DNA of 64,000 bases. Origin: Paracoccaceae bacterium. GTDB taxonomy: Bacteria > Pseudomonadota > Alphaproteobacteria > Rhodobacterales > Rhodobacteraceae. Position numbers and translations under genes: made by a program. This document shows positions 17,738 to 26,336 of this stretch, piece after piece. The stretch covers positions 224 through 64,223 of the forward strand of contig JAOADN010000007.1 of assembly GCA_026417295.1 (NCBI GenBank). The letters are read 5' to 3'. The stretch's first letter is position 1, and each line of letters starts with the position of its first letter. The notes below the pieces were generated by a model that did no database searches, was not told where the DNA came from, and saw nothing but the letters and a program-made list of their open reading frames with translations.

Positions 17738-20700
17738 ATGGCGACGCTTGTCCTGTCGATGGCCGGCGCCTCGCTGGGGGCGGGCCTGGGCGGCAGCGTG
17801 CTGGGGCTGTCGGGCGCGGTGATCGGCCGCGCCGCCGGCGCCATGATCGGCCGCGCGATCGACCAGCGCATCCTCGGCGGCGGATCGCGGGCGGTGGAGA
17901 CCGGGCGGGTGGACCGGCTGCGCCTGACGGGCGCGAGCGAGGGCGCGGCGGTGCCGCGGCTGTGGGGCAAGGCGCGCCTGCCGGGGCAGGTGATCTGGGC
18001 GACGCGCTTCGAGGAGACGGTGCGCCGGCGCGGCGGCGGCAAGGGGACGATGCGGCCGAGGGTGCGCGAATACAGCTATTCGATCAGCCTGGCGCTGGCC
18101 CTTTGCGAGGGCGAGATCGCGAGCATCGGGCGGATCTGGGCGGACGGCAACGAACTGGCGCCGGAGGACCTGAACCTGCGGGTCTATCGCGGCACCGAGA
18201 CGCAGGACTGCGATCCGAAGATCGAGGCGGTCGAAGGCAGCGGCGAGGCGCCGGCCTATCGCGGAACGGCCTATGTGGTGATCGAGGACCTCGACCTTGG
18301 GCCCTTCGGCAACCGGGTCCCGCAGTTCAGCTTCGAGGTCTTCAGGCCCGCCCCGGCGGCGCCGGGCGAGGCAGGGCCGCTGTCGGCGACGCTGCGCGGG
18401 GTCGCGCTGATCCCGGGCACGGGCGAATATTCCCTGGCCACGCGGGAAGTGCTGTTCGACCACGGGCTTGGCCGGGTGACGGCCGCGAATGTCCATACAG
18501 CGCGCGGGGGGGCGGACCTGCTGCGCTCGCTCGACACGCTTCAGGCCGAACTGCCGCGTTGCGAGAGTGTCGCGCTGGTCGTGTCGTGGTTCGGCGACGA
18601 CCTGCGCTGCGGCCAGTGCAGCATCAGGCCGAAGGTCGAGGCGCGGGACCGCGACGGCGCCGGCATGCCCTGGCGCGCGGGCGGGATCGGCCGGGCCGCG
18701 GCCCAGGAGGTGGCGCAGGCCGACGGCCGCCCCGTCTATGGCGGAACGCCTGCGGATGCTGCGGTGATCGAGGCCATCCGCGAGCTGCGCAGGCGCGGCC
18801 TGCGGGTCATGTTCTATCCCTTCGTCCTGATGGACCAGCTTGCCGGCAATGGCCGGCCCGACCCCTGGACAGGCGCGGCCGACCAGCCGGCACTTCCCTG
18901 GCGGGGGCGCATCACGACCTCGATCGCCCCGGGTCGGCCGGGTTCGCCGGACGGAACGGCCGCCGCAGCGACCGAGGTGGCGGCCTTCTTCGGCACGGCC
19001 GCGCCGGGGAATTTCGCCGTGTCGGGCGGGGCGGTCGGCTATGCCGGGCCGGACGAATGGCGGTTCCGCCGCTTCGTGCTGCATTATGCGCGGCTCTGCG
19101 CGCTTGCGGGCGGTGTGGACGGGTTCCTGATCGGGTCGGAACTGCCCGGCCTGACGCGGGTGCGCGGTCCGGATGGCACCTTCCCTGCGGTCACGGCGCT
19201 GGCCCAGCTTGCCGCCGACGTGCGTTCGGTCCTGGGGCCCGGGGTGCGCATCGGCTATGCCGCCGACTGGACCGAGTTCACCCCCTGGCAGGACGGGGCG
19301 GGGGCGTTGCAGTTCAACCTCGATCCGCTATGGGCCGATCCGGCCATCGATTTCGTCGGGATCGACAATTATGCGCCCCTGTCGGACTGGCGCGACGGCT
19401 GGTCCCACCTTGATGCCGGCGCCGGGTCGATCCACGACCTCGGCTATCTGAGGGCGAACATCGAGGGGGGCGAGGGGTTCGACTGGTACTATGCCTCGCG
19501 CGATCACCGCGCGGCGCAGATCCGCACGCCGATCACCGACGGCGCCCATGGCGAGCCCTGGGTCTGGCGCACGAAGGATATCCGGAGCTGGTGGTCCTAT
19601 GCGCATCACGACAGGCCCGGGGGCGTGCGGAGCGCCACGCCCACCGCCTGGGTTCCGAAGTCGAAGCCCATCGTCTTCACCGAGTTCGGCTGCCCGGCTG
19701 TTGACCGCGGGACCAACGAGCCCAACCGGTTCATCGATCCCAAGTCGAGCGAATCCGCCGTGCCCGTCCATTCCGACGGCCGCCGCGACGACCTGATCCA
19801 GATGCAGTACCTGCGGGCAATGCTGTCCTACTGGCAGGACGAGGCAAACAACCCCGGATCGCCGCATTACGCCGGACGGATGGTCGATACCGGCTGGATG
19901 CATGCCTGGGCCTGGGATGCACGGCCCTTCCCCGAGTTCCCGGGGGACACCGAGGTCTGGTCGGACGGGGCCAACCACGCGCGCGGCCACTGGCTGAACG
20001 GGCGCGCGACCGGCCAGCCCCTGTCGGCCGTGGTGGCCGAGATCTGCGCTGCGGCCGGGATCGGGGATGCCGACGTCTCGCGGCTTTACGGCATTGTCCG
20101 CGGCTATGTCTGCGACCGCGTGCAGTCGGCGCGGGCCGCGCTGCAGCCCCTGATGCTGGCCTACGGGTTCGACGCCTTTGTGCGGGAGGGGCGGCTGTGT
20201 TTCCGCATGAGGGGCGGTGCGCCGCAGGCGCGGCTCGGCCCGGACGATGCCGTGGCAGATGCCGACCCGACCCGCGCAGCGATCGAGATCGTGCGGGCCC
20301 CCGAGGCGGAAAGCCCGGCGCGGATGCGGCTGGGCTATGTCGAGGCCGAAGGCGCCTATGCCGGGCGGACCGCCGACGCGGCCGATCCCGCCCGCCCGTC
20401 GCCCGTTGTCGAGGAGACCGAGTTCCCGCTCGTGCTGTTCGAGCACGAGGCGCGCCGCGCCGTCGAGCGCTGGATGGCCGAGGGCCGTCTGGCCCGCGAG
20501 ACCGCGCGATTCGCGCTGCCGCTGTCGGCCGGCGGGCTGGGCGCGGGCGACGTGATCGTGCTGGACGGTCCGGGGGGCGGGCGGACCTTCCGCATCGACA
20601 GGGCAGAGCTGGGCGACCGCCTGGCGATCGAGGCCACGCGCTGCGAAGCCTCGGTCCACGTTCCTTCGGACGACGTGGAGGCGCGCGTCCTGAGGGCGGA

Positions 20701-21646
20701 CGGCAGGCCGGCCGTTCCGGTGCACGGGCTGTTCCTGGACCTGCCGCTGCTGACCGGCGAGGAGACGCCGCAGGCCCCCTATCTTGCGGTTGCCGCCGAT
20801 CCCTGGCCCGGCGAGGTCGCCGTCTACAAGTCCGACCAGGATGCCGGCTACCGGCTGGTGGACACGATCACCCGTCCGGCGCTGGTGGGCGTTACCGAGA
20901 CGGTGCTGGCGCCGGGTTCGGCCGGGCTGTGGGACCGCGGGCCGCCGCTGCGGGTGCGCTTCTCCGGGCCGCCGCCAGCGGGCTGCACCCTGTCGCAGCT
21001 GCTGAGCGGCGCCAACCTTGCGGCGATCGGCGACGGCGGCGCCGGGGGATGGGAGGTCTTCCAGTTCCTGCGTGCCGATCCGGTGGCCCCGACGGTGGCC
21101 GACCTGTCGCTGCGCCTGCGCTGCCAGGCCGGGACCGACGCCGAGGGCGCAGCGGGCTGGCCTGCCGGCAGCACGGTCGTGCTGCTGGACGACGCGGTGC
21201 GTCAGGTCGAGCTTGCGCCCGGCGAGGTGGGTGCGGAGCGGCATTTCCGCTTCGGCCCGGCATCGCGGCCCTATGACGCGGATGTCTATTCCCACCGGAT
21301 CGAGACCTTCGCCGGCATCGGCCTCAGACCCTATGCCCCGGTCCATCTGCGGCTCGTCCGGGCGGGGACGGACCTGACACTGACCTGGATCCGCCGCACG
21401 CGGATCGGCGGCGAGGCCTGGACGGGCACGGACGTGCCGCTGGCCGAGCAGCGGGAGCGCTATCTCGTACGGGTCGTTGCGGGCGGCGCGACCCGCCGGG
21501 AGGCCGAGGTTGCCGTCCCCGTCTGGACCTACGGCGCCGCCGAACGGGCTGCCGACGGGGTTGCGGCGCCCTATGCGCTGGAGGTCGCGCAGATCTCGGA
21601 CACCTGGGGACCCGGGCCATTCGCAAGGATAGCTGTCGATGACTGA
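17738..21646 (+). CDS. GTA g15, large host-specificity / TIM-barrel-like tail protein
   Basis: 1302 aa. Its size and position match RcGTA g15, and GIDNYAPLSDWRDG...FTEFGCPAVDRGTNEPNRF resembles the glycoside-hydrolase-like domain. Confidence 0.9.
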   Translation: MATLVLSMAGASLGAGLGGSVLGLSGAVIGRAAGAMIGRAIDQRILGGGSRAVETGRVDRLRLTGASEGAAVPRLWGKARLPGQVIWATRFEETVRRRGGGKGTMRPRVREYSYSISLALALCEGEIASIGRIWADGNELAPEDLNLRVYRGTETQDCDPKIEAVEGSGEAPAYRGTAYVVIEDLDLGPFGNRVPQFSFEVFRPAPAAPGEAGPLSATLRGVALIPGTGEYSLATREVLFDHGLGRVTAANVHTARGGADLLRSLDTLQAELPRCESVALVVSWFGDDLRCGQCSIRPKVEARDRDGAGMPWRAGGIGRAAAQEVAQADGRPVYGGTPADAAVIEAIRELRRRGLRVMFYPFVLMDQLAGNGRPDPWTGAADQPALPWRGRITTSIAPGRPGSPDGTAAAATEVAAFFGTAAPGNFAVSGGAVGYAGPDEWRFRRFVLHYARLCALAGGVDGFLIGSELPGLTRVRGPDGTFPAVTALAQLAADVRSVLGPGVRIGYAADWTEFTPWQDGAGALQFNLDPLWADPAIDFVGIDNYAPLSDWRDGWSHLDAGAGSIHDLGYLRANIEGGEGFDWYYASRDHRAAQIRTPITDGAHGEPWVWRTKDIRSWWSYAHHDRPGGVRSATPTAWVPKSKPIVFTEFGCPAVDRGTNEPNRFIDPKSSESAVPVHSDGRRDDLIQMQYLRAMLSYWQDEANNPGSPHYAGRMVDTGWMHAWAWDARPFPEFPGDTEVWSDGANHARGHWLNGRATGQPLSAVVAEICAAAGIGDADVSRLYGIVRGYVCDRVQSARAALQPLMLAYGFDAFVREGRLCFRMRGGAPQARLGPDDAVADADPTRAAIEIVRAPEAESPARMRLGYVEAEGAYAGRTADAADPARPSPVVEETEFPLVLFEHEARRAVERWMAEGRLARETARFALPLSAGGLGAGDVIVLDGPGGGRTFRIDRAELGDRLAIEATRCEASVHVPSDDVEARVLRADGRPAVPVHGLFLDLPLLTGEETPQAPYLAVAADPWPGEVAVYKSDQDAGYRLVDTITRPALVGVTETVLAPGSAGLWDRGPPLRVRFSGPPPAGCTLSQLLSGANLAAIGDGGAGGWEVFQFLRADPVAPTVADLSLRLRCQAGTDAEGAAGWPAGSTVVLLDDAVRQVELAPGEVGAERHFRFGPASRPYDADVYSHRIETFAGIGLRPYAPVHLRLVRAGTDLTLTWIRRTRIGGEAWTGTDVPLAEQRERYLVRVVAGGATRREAEVAVPVWTYGAAERAADGVAAPYALEVAQISDTWGPGPFARIAVDD

Positions 21647-22349
21647 AACGCCGAACCTTTCGCTGCCGCTGCTGATGCCGTCGCAGGCGCAGAAGCATGT
21701 CACGGTCAACGAGGCCTTCATCCGGCTGGATGCGCTGGCCAACCTGGTGCTGGAATCGGCCACGCTGGCGACGCCGCCTGCGGCGCCGCCGGACGGCGTG
21801 GCCTATCTGGTGCCCGCCGGCGCATCGGGCCAATGGGCGGGGCAGGCGGGGCGGATCGCGCTCCGGACGGGCGGAGGCTGGGATTTCGTCACCCCGCGCG
21901 CCGGGTGGCGTGCCTTCCTGCGCGACGAGGGGGCGAGCGGGATCTTCGGCGCGGGGGCCTTTCACCGGGGCCAGCTGACCCGCAGCACGCACGGCGCCGG
22001 GCTGAGCCTGCAGGTCACGGAGGCCGAGATCGCGGTGACGGGAGGCGCGAGCCAGGTGACGGCCGACCTGATCCCGTCGCATGTCCTGGTCTTCGGCGTG
22101 ACCGCGGTTGTGACGACGGCGCTGACCGGCACGCTGACAGGCTGGCAGCTGGGCAATCCGGGGGCGGCCGGCCGCTTCGGCAGCGGGCTCGGACTGGCCG
22201 CCGGCAGTTTCGCCAGGGGGCTGCTCGGCCAGCCGATGGCGTTCTATGCGCCGACGCCCCTGCAGCTTGACGCCGAGGGCGGCAGCTTCGCCGGGGGGGC
22301 GATCCGCGTGGCCGTCCACCACCTGGCCCTGACGGTTCCGGGCCTCTGA
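21639..22349 (+). CDS. DUF2793-domain protein (tail-fibre-like), translationally coupled to g15
   Basis: 236 aa. The start overlaps the g15 stop by 8 nt. The N-terminus TPNLSLPLLMPSQAQKHVTVNEAFIRLDAL matches my recollection of the DUF2793 signature. Confidence 0.7.
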   Translation: MTETPNLSLPLLMPSQAQKHVTVNEAFIRLDALANLVLESATLATPPAAPPDGVAYLVPAGASGQWAGQAGRIALRTGGGWDFVTPRAGWRAFLRDEGASGIFGAGAFHRGQLTRSTHGAGLSLQVTEAEIAVTGGASQVTADLIPSHVLVFGVTAVVTTALTGTLTGWQLGNPGAAGRFGSGLGLAAGSFARGLLGQPMAFYAPTPLQLDAEGGSFAGGAIRVAVHHLALTVPGL

Positions 22350-22736
22350 TCCGTGCGGCCGGTCCTCTGGATCGACCTGCAGGCCCTGACGCGGTGGCGC
22401 GATGCGACGGGGGGGCAGGACTGGGCGGACAGGGTGCGTCGCCTGATGGACTGCGCCCATGCGGCCGACATCTACCGCAAGCGCACGGGGCGTGCCCATC
22501 CGGTTCTCGGCGACGGCACCCTGGCCTCGGCCCTGCCGCGGGTGCGCAGGGAGGGCGACGGGGCGGACCGGCCGCGGCCGCCCCCGAGCCTTGCGGCGAT
22601 GGCCGATGCGATCGGCGCCGTGGTCGAGTGGAAGGCGCGGCGCGCCGGCAGCGGCGGCACCGTGCCGGCATCACAGCAATTCATTTCCCGCCGCAAGGCA
22701 CGTCTGGTAGAACGTCGCTTTGACGGAGGGCTGGAC

Positions 22737-23546
22737 ATGGCCGAGACCAAGCCGCAGCTTGCGAAGGTGGACCCCGTATGGACGCGCATCCGTGACGAGG
22801 CGCGGGCGGCTGTGCGCGACGAGCCGCTTCTTGGCGGGCTGATCCATTCGGGCGTGCTGCACCACCCCTCGCTCGAGAGGGCGCTGTCCTACAGGTTCTC
22901 GATGAAGCTCGCCTCGGGCGAGATGAGCGAGCAGATCCTGCGCGAGATAGCCGACGAGGCCTTTGCCGACGACGGCTGGCTGGGCGAGGCGGCGCGGGCC
23001 GACGTGGTGGCCGTCTACGACCGCGACCCGGCCTGCCACCGGTTCCTGCAGCCGATCCTGTTCTTCAAGGGCTATCAGGCCGTTCAGGCCTACCGGATCG
23101 GGCACTGGCTTTGGACGCGCGGGCGCAAGGACATGGCCTATTTCGTCCAGATGCGGGTGTCGGAAGTCTTCGGCGTGGACATCCACCCCAATGCCCGGAT
23201 CGGCAAGGGCATCATGATCGACCATGCCCATTCCATCGTCATCGGCGAGACGGCCGTCGTCGGGGACAATGTCTCGATGCTGCATTCGGTGACCCTGGGC
23301 GGCACCGGCAAGGAGGACGGCGACCGCCATCCGAAGATCGCCGACGGCGTGATGATCGGGGCGGGGGCAAAGATCCTTGGCAACATCCAGGTGGGCCAGT
23401 GCTCGCGCATCGCGGCGGGCTCGGTCGTGCTGTCGGACGTGCCGCGGAACACGACGGTGGCCGGCGTGCCGGCGAAGGTCGTCGGTCAGGCCGGCTGCGA
23501 TCAGCCGAGCCAGACGATGGACCAGCTCATCCACGGCGCGGACTGA
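22737..23546 (+). CDS. cysE: serine O-acetyltransferase
   Basis: 269 aa from ATG 22737, behind GGAGGG. It has an SATase N-domain (DPVWTRIRDEARAAVRDEPLLGG) and hexapeptide repeats (IGKGIMIDHAHSIVIGETAVVGDNVSMLHSVTLGG). The same frame stays open upstream to 22353 (see findings). Confidence 0.9.
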   Translation: MAETKPQLAKVDPVWTRIRDEARAAVRDEPLLGGLIHSGVLHHPSLERALSYRFSMKLASGEMSEQILREIADEAFADDGWLGEAARADVVAVYDRDPACHRFLQPILFFKGYQAVQAYRIGHWLWTRGRKDMAYFVQMRVSEVFGVDIHPNARIGKGIMIDHAHSIVIGETAVVGDNVSMLHSVTLGGTGKEDGDRHPKIADGVMIGAGAKILGNIQVGQCSRIAAGSVVLSDVPRNTTVAGVPAKVVGQAGCDQPSQTMDQLIHGAD

Positions 23547-23625
23547 GCGGGGACCGGATTCCCTGGCATTCCGCCGGGCCCCGCGCTAGCCATGGCGGGA
23601 GGTGGCGGCGGCGCGGCAAGGGCCA

Positions 23626-24300
23626 ATGGAAGCGCGGGGCTGGATCAGGCGGGCGGCGGCCTTCGCGGCGGGCAATGCCATCCTGCTCTTCGCGCGTTTC
23701 GTGACGGCCGTGCGGCCCGTCTGGGCCGGGGCAGCGCCCGAGCCTCGCCTGCGGATCTACTTCGCCAACCATACCAGCAACGGCGATTTCGTGCTGATCT
23801 GGGCGGTCCTGCCGCGCCACATGCGGCTGCGCACGCGCCCCGTCGCGGCGCTGGACTACTGGCTGACGACGCCGCTAAGGGCCTTCGTCGGGCGTGATGT
23901 CTTCAATGCCGTCCTGATCGACAGGCGCCCCGAGCACCGGACCGCGGACCCGGTGGCGACGATGCTGGAGGCGCTGGATGCGGGATCCTCGCTGATCATC
24001 TTCCCGGAAGGGCGGCGCAATGAGGGGCCGGCGCCAATCCTGCCCTTCCGGTCGGGTCTCTTCCATCTGGGGGCGGCACGGCCCGGGGTGGAACTGGTGC
24101 CGACCTGGATCCACAACCTGAACCGGGTGATGCCGAAGGGCGAGCTGATCCCGGTGCCGCTGAACTGCACGGTGACCTTCGGGACCCCGATTCACGTCGG
24201 CCCGGGCGAGACCAAGGACGCCTTCCTGGCGCGGGCCAGCGCGGCGCTGCTGGCGCTGGCGGGGGCCGAGGCGGGATCAGGGGCGGGGGCGGCGGCATGA
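23626..24300 (+). CDS. PlsC-family (lysophospholipid) acyltransferase
   Basis: HX4D motif in FANHTSNGDF and a second block in IIFPEGRRN. I set the start at ATG 23626 (a GTG at 23602 is also possible). The stop overlaps the next gene. Confidence 0.8.
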   Translation: MEARGWIRRAAAFAAGNAILLFARFVTAVRPVWAGAAPEPRLRIYFANHTSNGDFVLIWAVLPRHMRLRTRPVAALDYWLTTPLRAFVGRDVFNAVLIDRRPEHRTADPVATMLEALDAGSSLIIFPEGRRNEGPAPILPFRSGLFHLGAARPGVELVPTWIHNLNRVMPKGELIPVPLNCTVTFGTPIHVGPGETKDAFLARASAALLALAGAEAGSGAGAAA

Positions 24301-25250
24301 ACGGGAATCCCGGCCAGGATCTCTTCGTCCTGTTGTCCGGTGTCGCGATCCTACTGGTCGTCGCTACCGTCGCGGGACAGATCCTGCGCGAGCGATTCTC
24401 GCCGGACGGGACCAATGCGGTCATCGAGAACCTCAATGCGCGGATCCTGTCCTGGTGGGGCATGGTCACCCTTCTGGCGCTGGCCTTCCTGGCCGGGCGA
24501 ACGGGGGTCGTACTGCTGTTCGCCTTCTGCTCGTTCGCGGCGCTGAGGGAATCGCTGACGCTGACGGCCAAGGACCGCGCCGACCACTGGTCGCTGGTGG
24601 CCTGCTTCTACCTGATCCTGCCCTTCCAGTACTGGCTTGTCTGGACGGACTGGTACGGGCTCTACTCGGTCTTCATCCCGGTCTATGCATTCCTCTTCCT
24701 GCCGATCCTCGCCGCCCTGCGCGGCACACCGCAGGGCTTCCTGACGCGGGTATCCGAGACACAGTGGGCGCTGATGATCTCGGTCTTCTGCATCAGTCAC
24801 GTCCCCGCGCTCCTGAGCCTGCGGATCGCGGGGTTCGAGGGCAAGAACGTGCTTCTGATCGCCTGGCTTGTATTCACGGTGCAGTTTTCGGACGTGATGC
24901 AATATGTCTGGGGCAAGCTACTCGGCCGGCGCAGGATCGCGCCGTCGCTGTCGCCCTCCAAGACCTGGGAGGGATTCGTAGGCGGCACGCTGACGGCATC
25001 GGCCGCGGGCGCGCTGCTGTGGTGGATCACGCCCTTCCCCCCTGCCGAGGCCTTCGCGCTGGCGCTGGTCGTCACGCTTCTGGGTTTCGGCGGCGGGCTC
25101 GTCCTTTCGGCCGTCAAGCGCGACCGCGGCGTCAAGGACTGGGGCAGCCTGATCGCCGGGCACGGCGGGTTCATCGACAGGCTCGACTCGGTGATCTTCG
25201 CCGCCCCAGTCTTCTTCCATCTGGTGCGCTACTTCTGGTCCTCGACATGA
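24297..25250 (+). CDS. phosphatidate cytidylyltransferase family protein (CdsA paralogue, YnbB-like)
   Basis: 317 aa polytopic protein with the CTP-transferase signatures SPSKTWEGFVGG and KDWGSLIAGHGGFIDRLDS. Confidence 0.85.
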   Translation: MNGNPGQDLFVLLSGVAILLVVATVAGQILRERFSPDGTNAVIENLNARILSWWGMVTLLALAFLAGRTGVVLLFAFCSFAALRESLTLTAKDRADHWSLVACFYLILPFQYWLVWTDWYGLYSVFIPVYAFLFLPILAALRGTPQGFLTRVSETQWALMISVFCISHVPALLSLRIAGFEGKNVLLIAWLVFTVQFSDVMQYVWGKLLGRRRIAPSLSPSKTWEGFVGGTLTASAAGALLWWITPFPPAEAFALALVVTLLGFGGGLVLSAVKRDRGVKDWGSLIAGHGGFIDRLDSVIFAAPVFFHLVRYFWSST

Positions 25251-25630
25251 GGCGGGGCGCTGCGGTCACCGACAGCACGGCCGTGCACATGGCGGTGGCC
25301 TTCGCCGCGATGGGAAGCTGGGCGGTCCTTGCCAACCGGAGCCACGGGGCAGGGGCGGCGATGGCGGCCGGCATCGTGCAGGGCCTGGTATCGGCGCTGA
25401 TCACGCTGGGGCTGAAACGCCTGGTCGAGGGCCTGGCGACGCGATTGCCGGGCAGGCTGGCCCTGTTCGGCCCGCCCCTCGCCGCCTGGGCCCTTTCGGC
25501 GGCCCTGCTGCTGGCCATCCACGGCCTGGCCGGAACGCCCGAGCTTCTGGCCACGGTCGCGGTGCCGAACCTGGTGGCCACGGCCTATGCCGTCGTCTGG
25601 ACCCTGGCGGTGCGGGGGGTGTGGCGTTGA
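25247..25630 (+). CDS. small integral membrane protein (about 4 TM), unknown function
   Basis: 127 aa. ATG 25247 overlaps the upstream stop (ATGA), and the 3' end overlaps the next gene by 10 nt. Hydrophobic helices throughout. Confidence 0.55.
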   Translation: MRRGAAVTDSTAVHMAVAFAAMGSWAVLANRSHGAGAAMAAGIVQGLVSALITLGLKRLVEGLATRLPGRLALFGPPLAAWALSAALLLAIHGLAGTPELLATVAVPNLVATAYAVVWTLAVRGVWR

Positions 25631-26304
25631 CGGGAGGCCCGGGCAACCGCAGGCCGCTGGCCAGCCGTGATGCCGCCTGGGCGCGCCGCACAGCCCGGTG
25701 GCTTTCGGCAGGCCGCGTCACGCCGAACGCGATCTCGACGGCGGGCGTCCTGGTCGCGGCGGCGGGCGGACTGGCCCTGGCCCTGTCGGCCTATGCCGGC
25801 GGGTGGATGCGCGCGGCGCTTCTTCTTGCGGCTGCAGCGGCCTGCCAGCTGCGGCTTGCCTGCAACCTTCTTGACGGCATGGTCGCCATCGAGGGGGGAC
25901 GGGCGGCGCCGGACGGGCCGTTCTGGAACGAGGCGCCCGACCGGCTGTCGGACATCATGCTGCTGGTCGGGGCGGGCCACGCGGCGGGCCAGCCTGCGCT
26001 GGGCTGGGCGGCGGCGGCCTTCGCCGTCCTGACCGCCTATGTCCGCGAGCTCGGCCGGGGCGAGGGGTTTTCCCCGGATTTCTCGGGACCGATGGCCAAG
26101 CAGCACCGGATGGCGGTGCTGACCGGGGGCGCGGTGCTGGGCGCCGTGCTTCCCGCCATTCTGTCCCTCGCGCTGTGGGCGATCGCCCTGGGCGCGGCGG
26201 CAACAGCGCTGCGCCGGTCCTGGCGCCTGGTCCGGGCGCTGAGGTCCCGCAGCCGGGCGGAACCGGCCGGTGTCCGCCCGCGCCCGCCTGCGCCGGACGC
26301 TTGA
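25621..26304 (+). CDS. CDP-alcohol phosphatidyltransferase family protein (YnbA-like)
   Basis: 227 aa with a GTG start. The motif region NLLDGMVAIEGG...EAPDRLSD fits D(x)2DG(x)2AR...G(x)3D(x)3D loosely. Confidence 0.8.
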   Translation: MALTGGPGNRRPLASRDAAWARRTARWLSAGRVTPNAISTAGVLVAAAGGLALALSAYAGGWMRAALLLAAAAACQLRLACNLLDGMVAIEGGRAAPDGPFWNEAPDRLSDIMLLVGAGHAAGQPALGWAAAAFAVLTAYVRELGRGEGFSPDFSGPMAKQHRMAVLTGGAVLGAVLPAILSLALWAIALGAAATALRRSWRLVRALRSRSRAEPAGVRPRPPAPDA

Positions 26305-26329
26305 CAAGCCCCCCCGCCTCACCGATAAG
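26301..26329 (+). promoter_or_regulatory. candidate rplU-rpmA promoter TTGACA-N17-GATAAG
   Basis: It shares TTGAC(A/G)-N17-GA(T/A)AAGCCGCCATCC, in the same register, with the rplM upstream region at 40329-40366. Confidence 0.5.
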
Positions 26330-26336
26330 CCGCCAT

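Larger units (their letters stand above)
7779..21646 (+). other. RcGTA-type gene transfer agent head-tail structural cluster (g1-g15)
   Basis: 17 co-oriented genes, mostly with overlapping junctions, in the canonical order TerS-like, TerL, portal, g3.5, protease, capsid, connector, adaptor, DUF3168, tail tube, chaperones, short tape measure, DUF2460, DUF2163, NlpC/P60, g15. There are no integrase, replication, repressor or lysis genes, and cysE lies downstream. Confidence 0.92.

Noticed and set aside
22394-22723. Alternative-frame ORFs 22394..22723 and 22459..22710 between DUF2793 and cysE
   Set aside because: Their products are Arg/Gly/Pro-rich. The frame that shows coding-like third-position bias and a protein-like translation is the one continuous with cysE (22353 onward).
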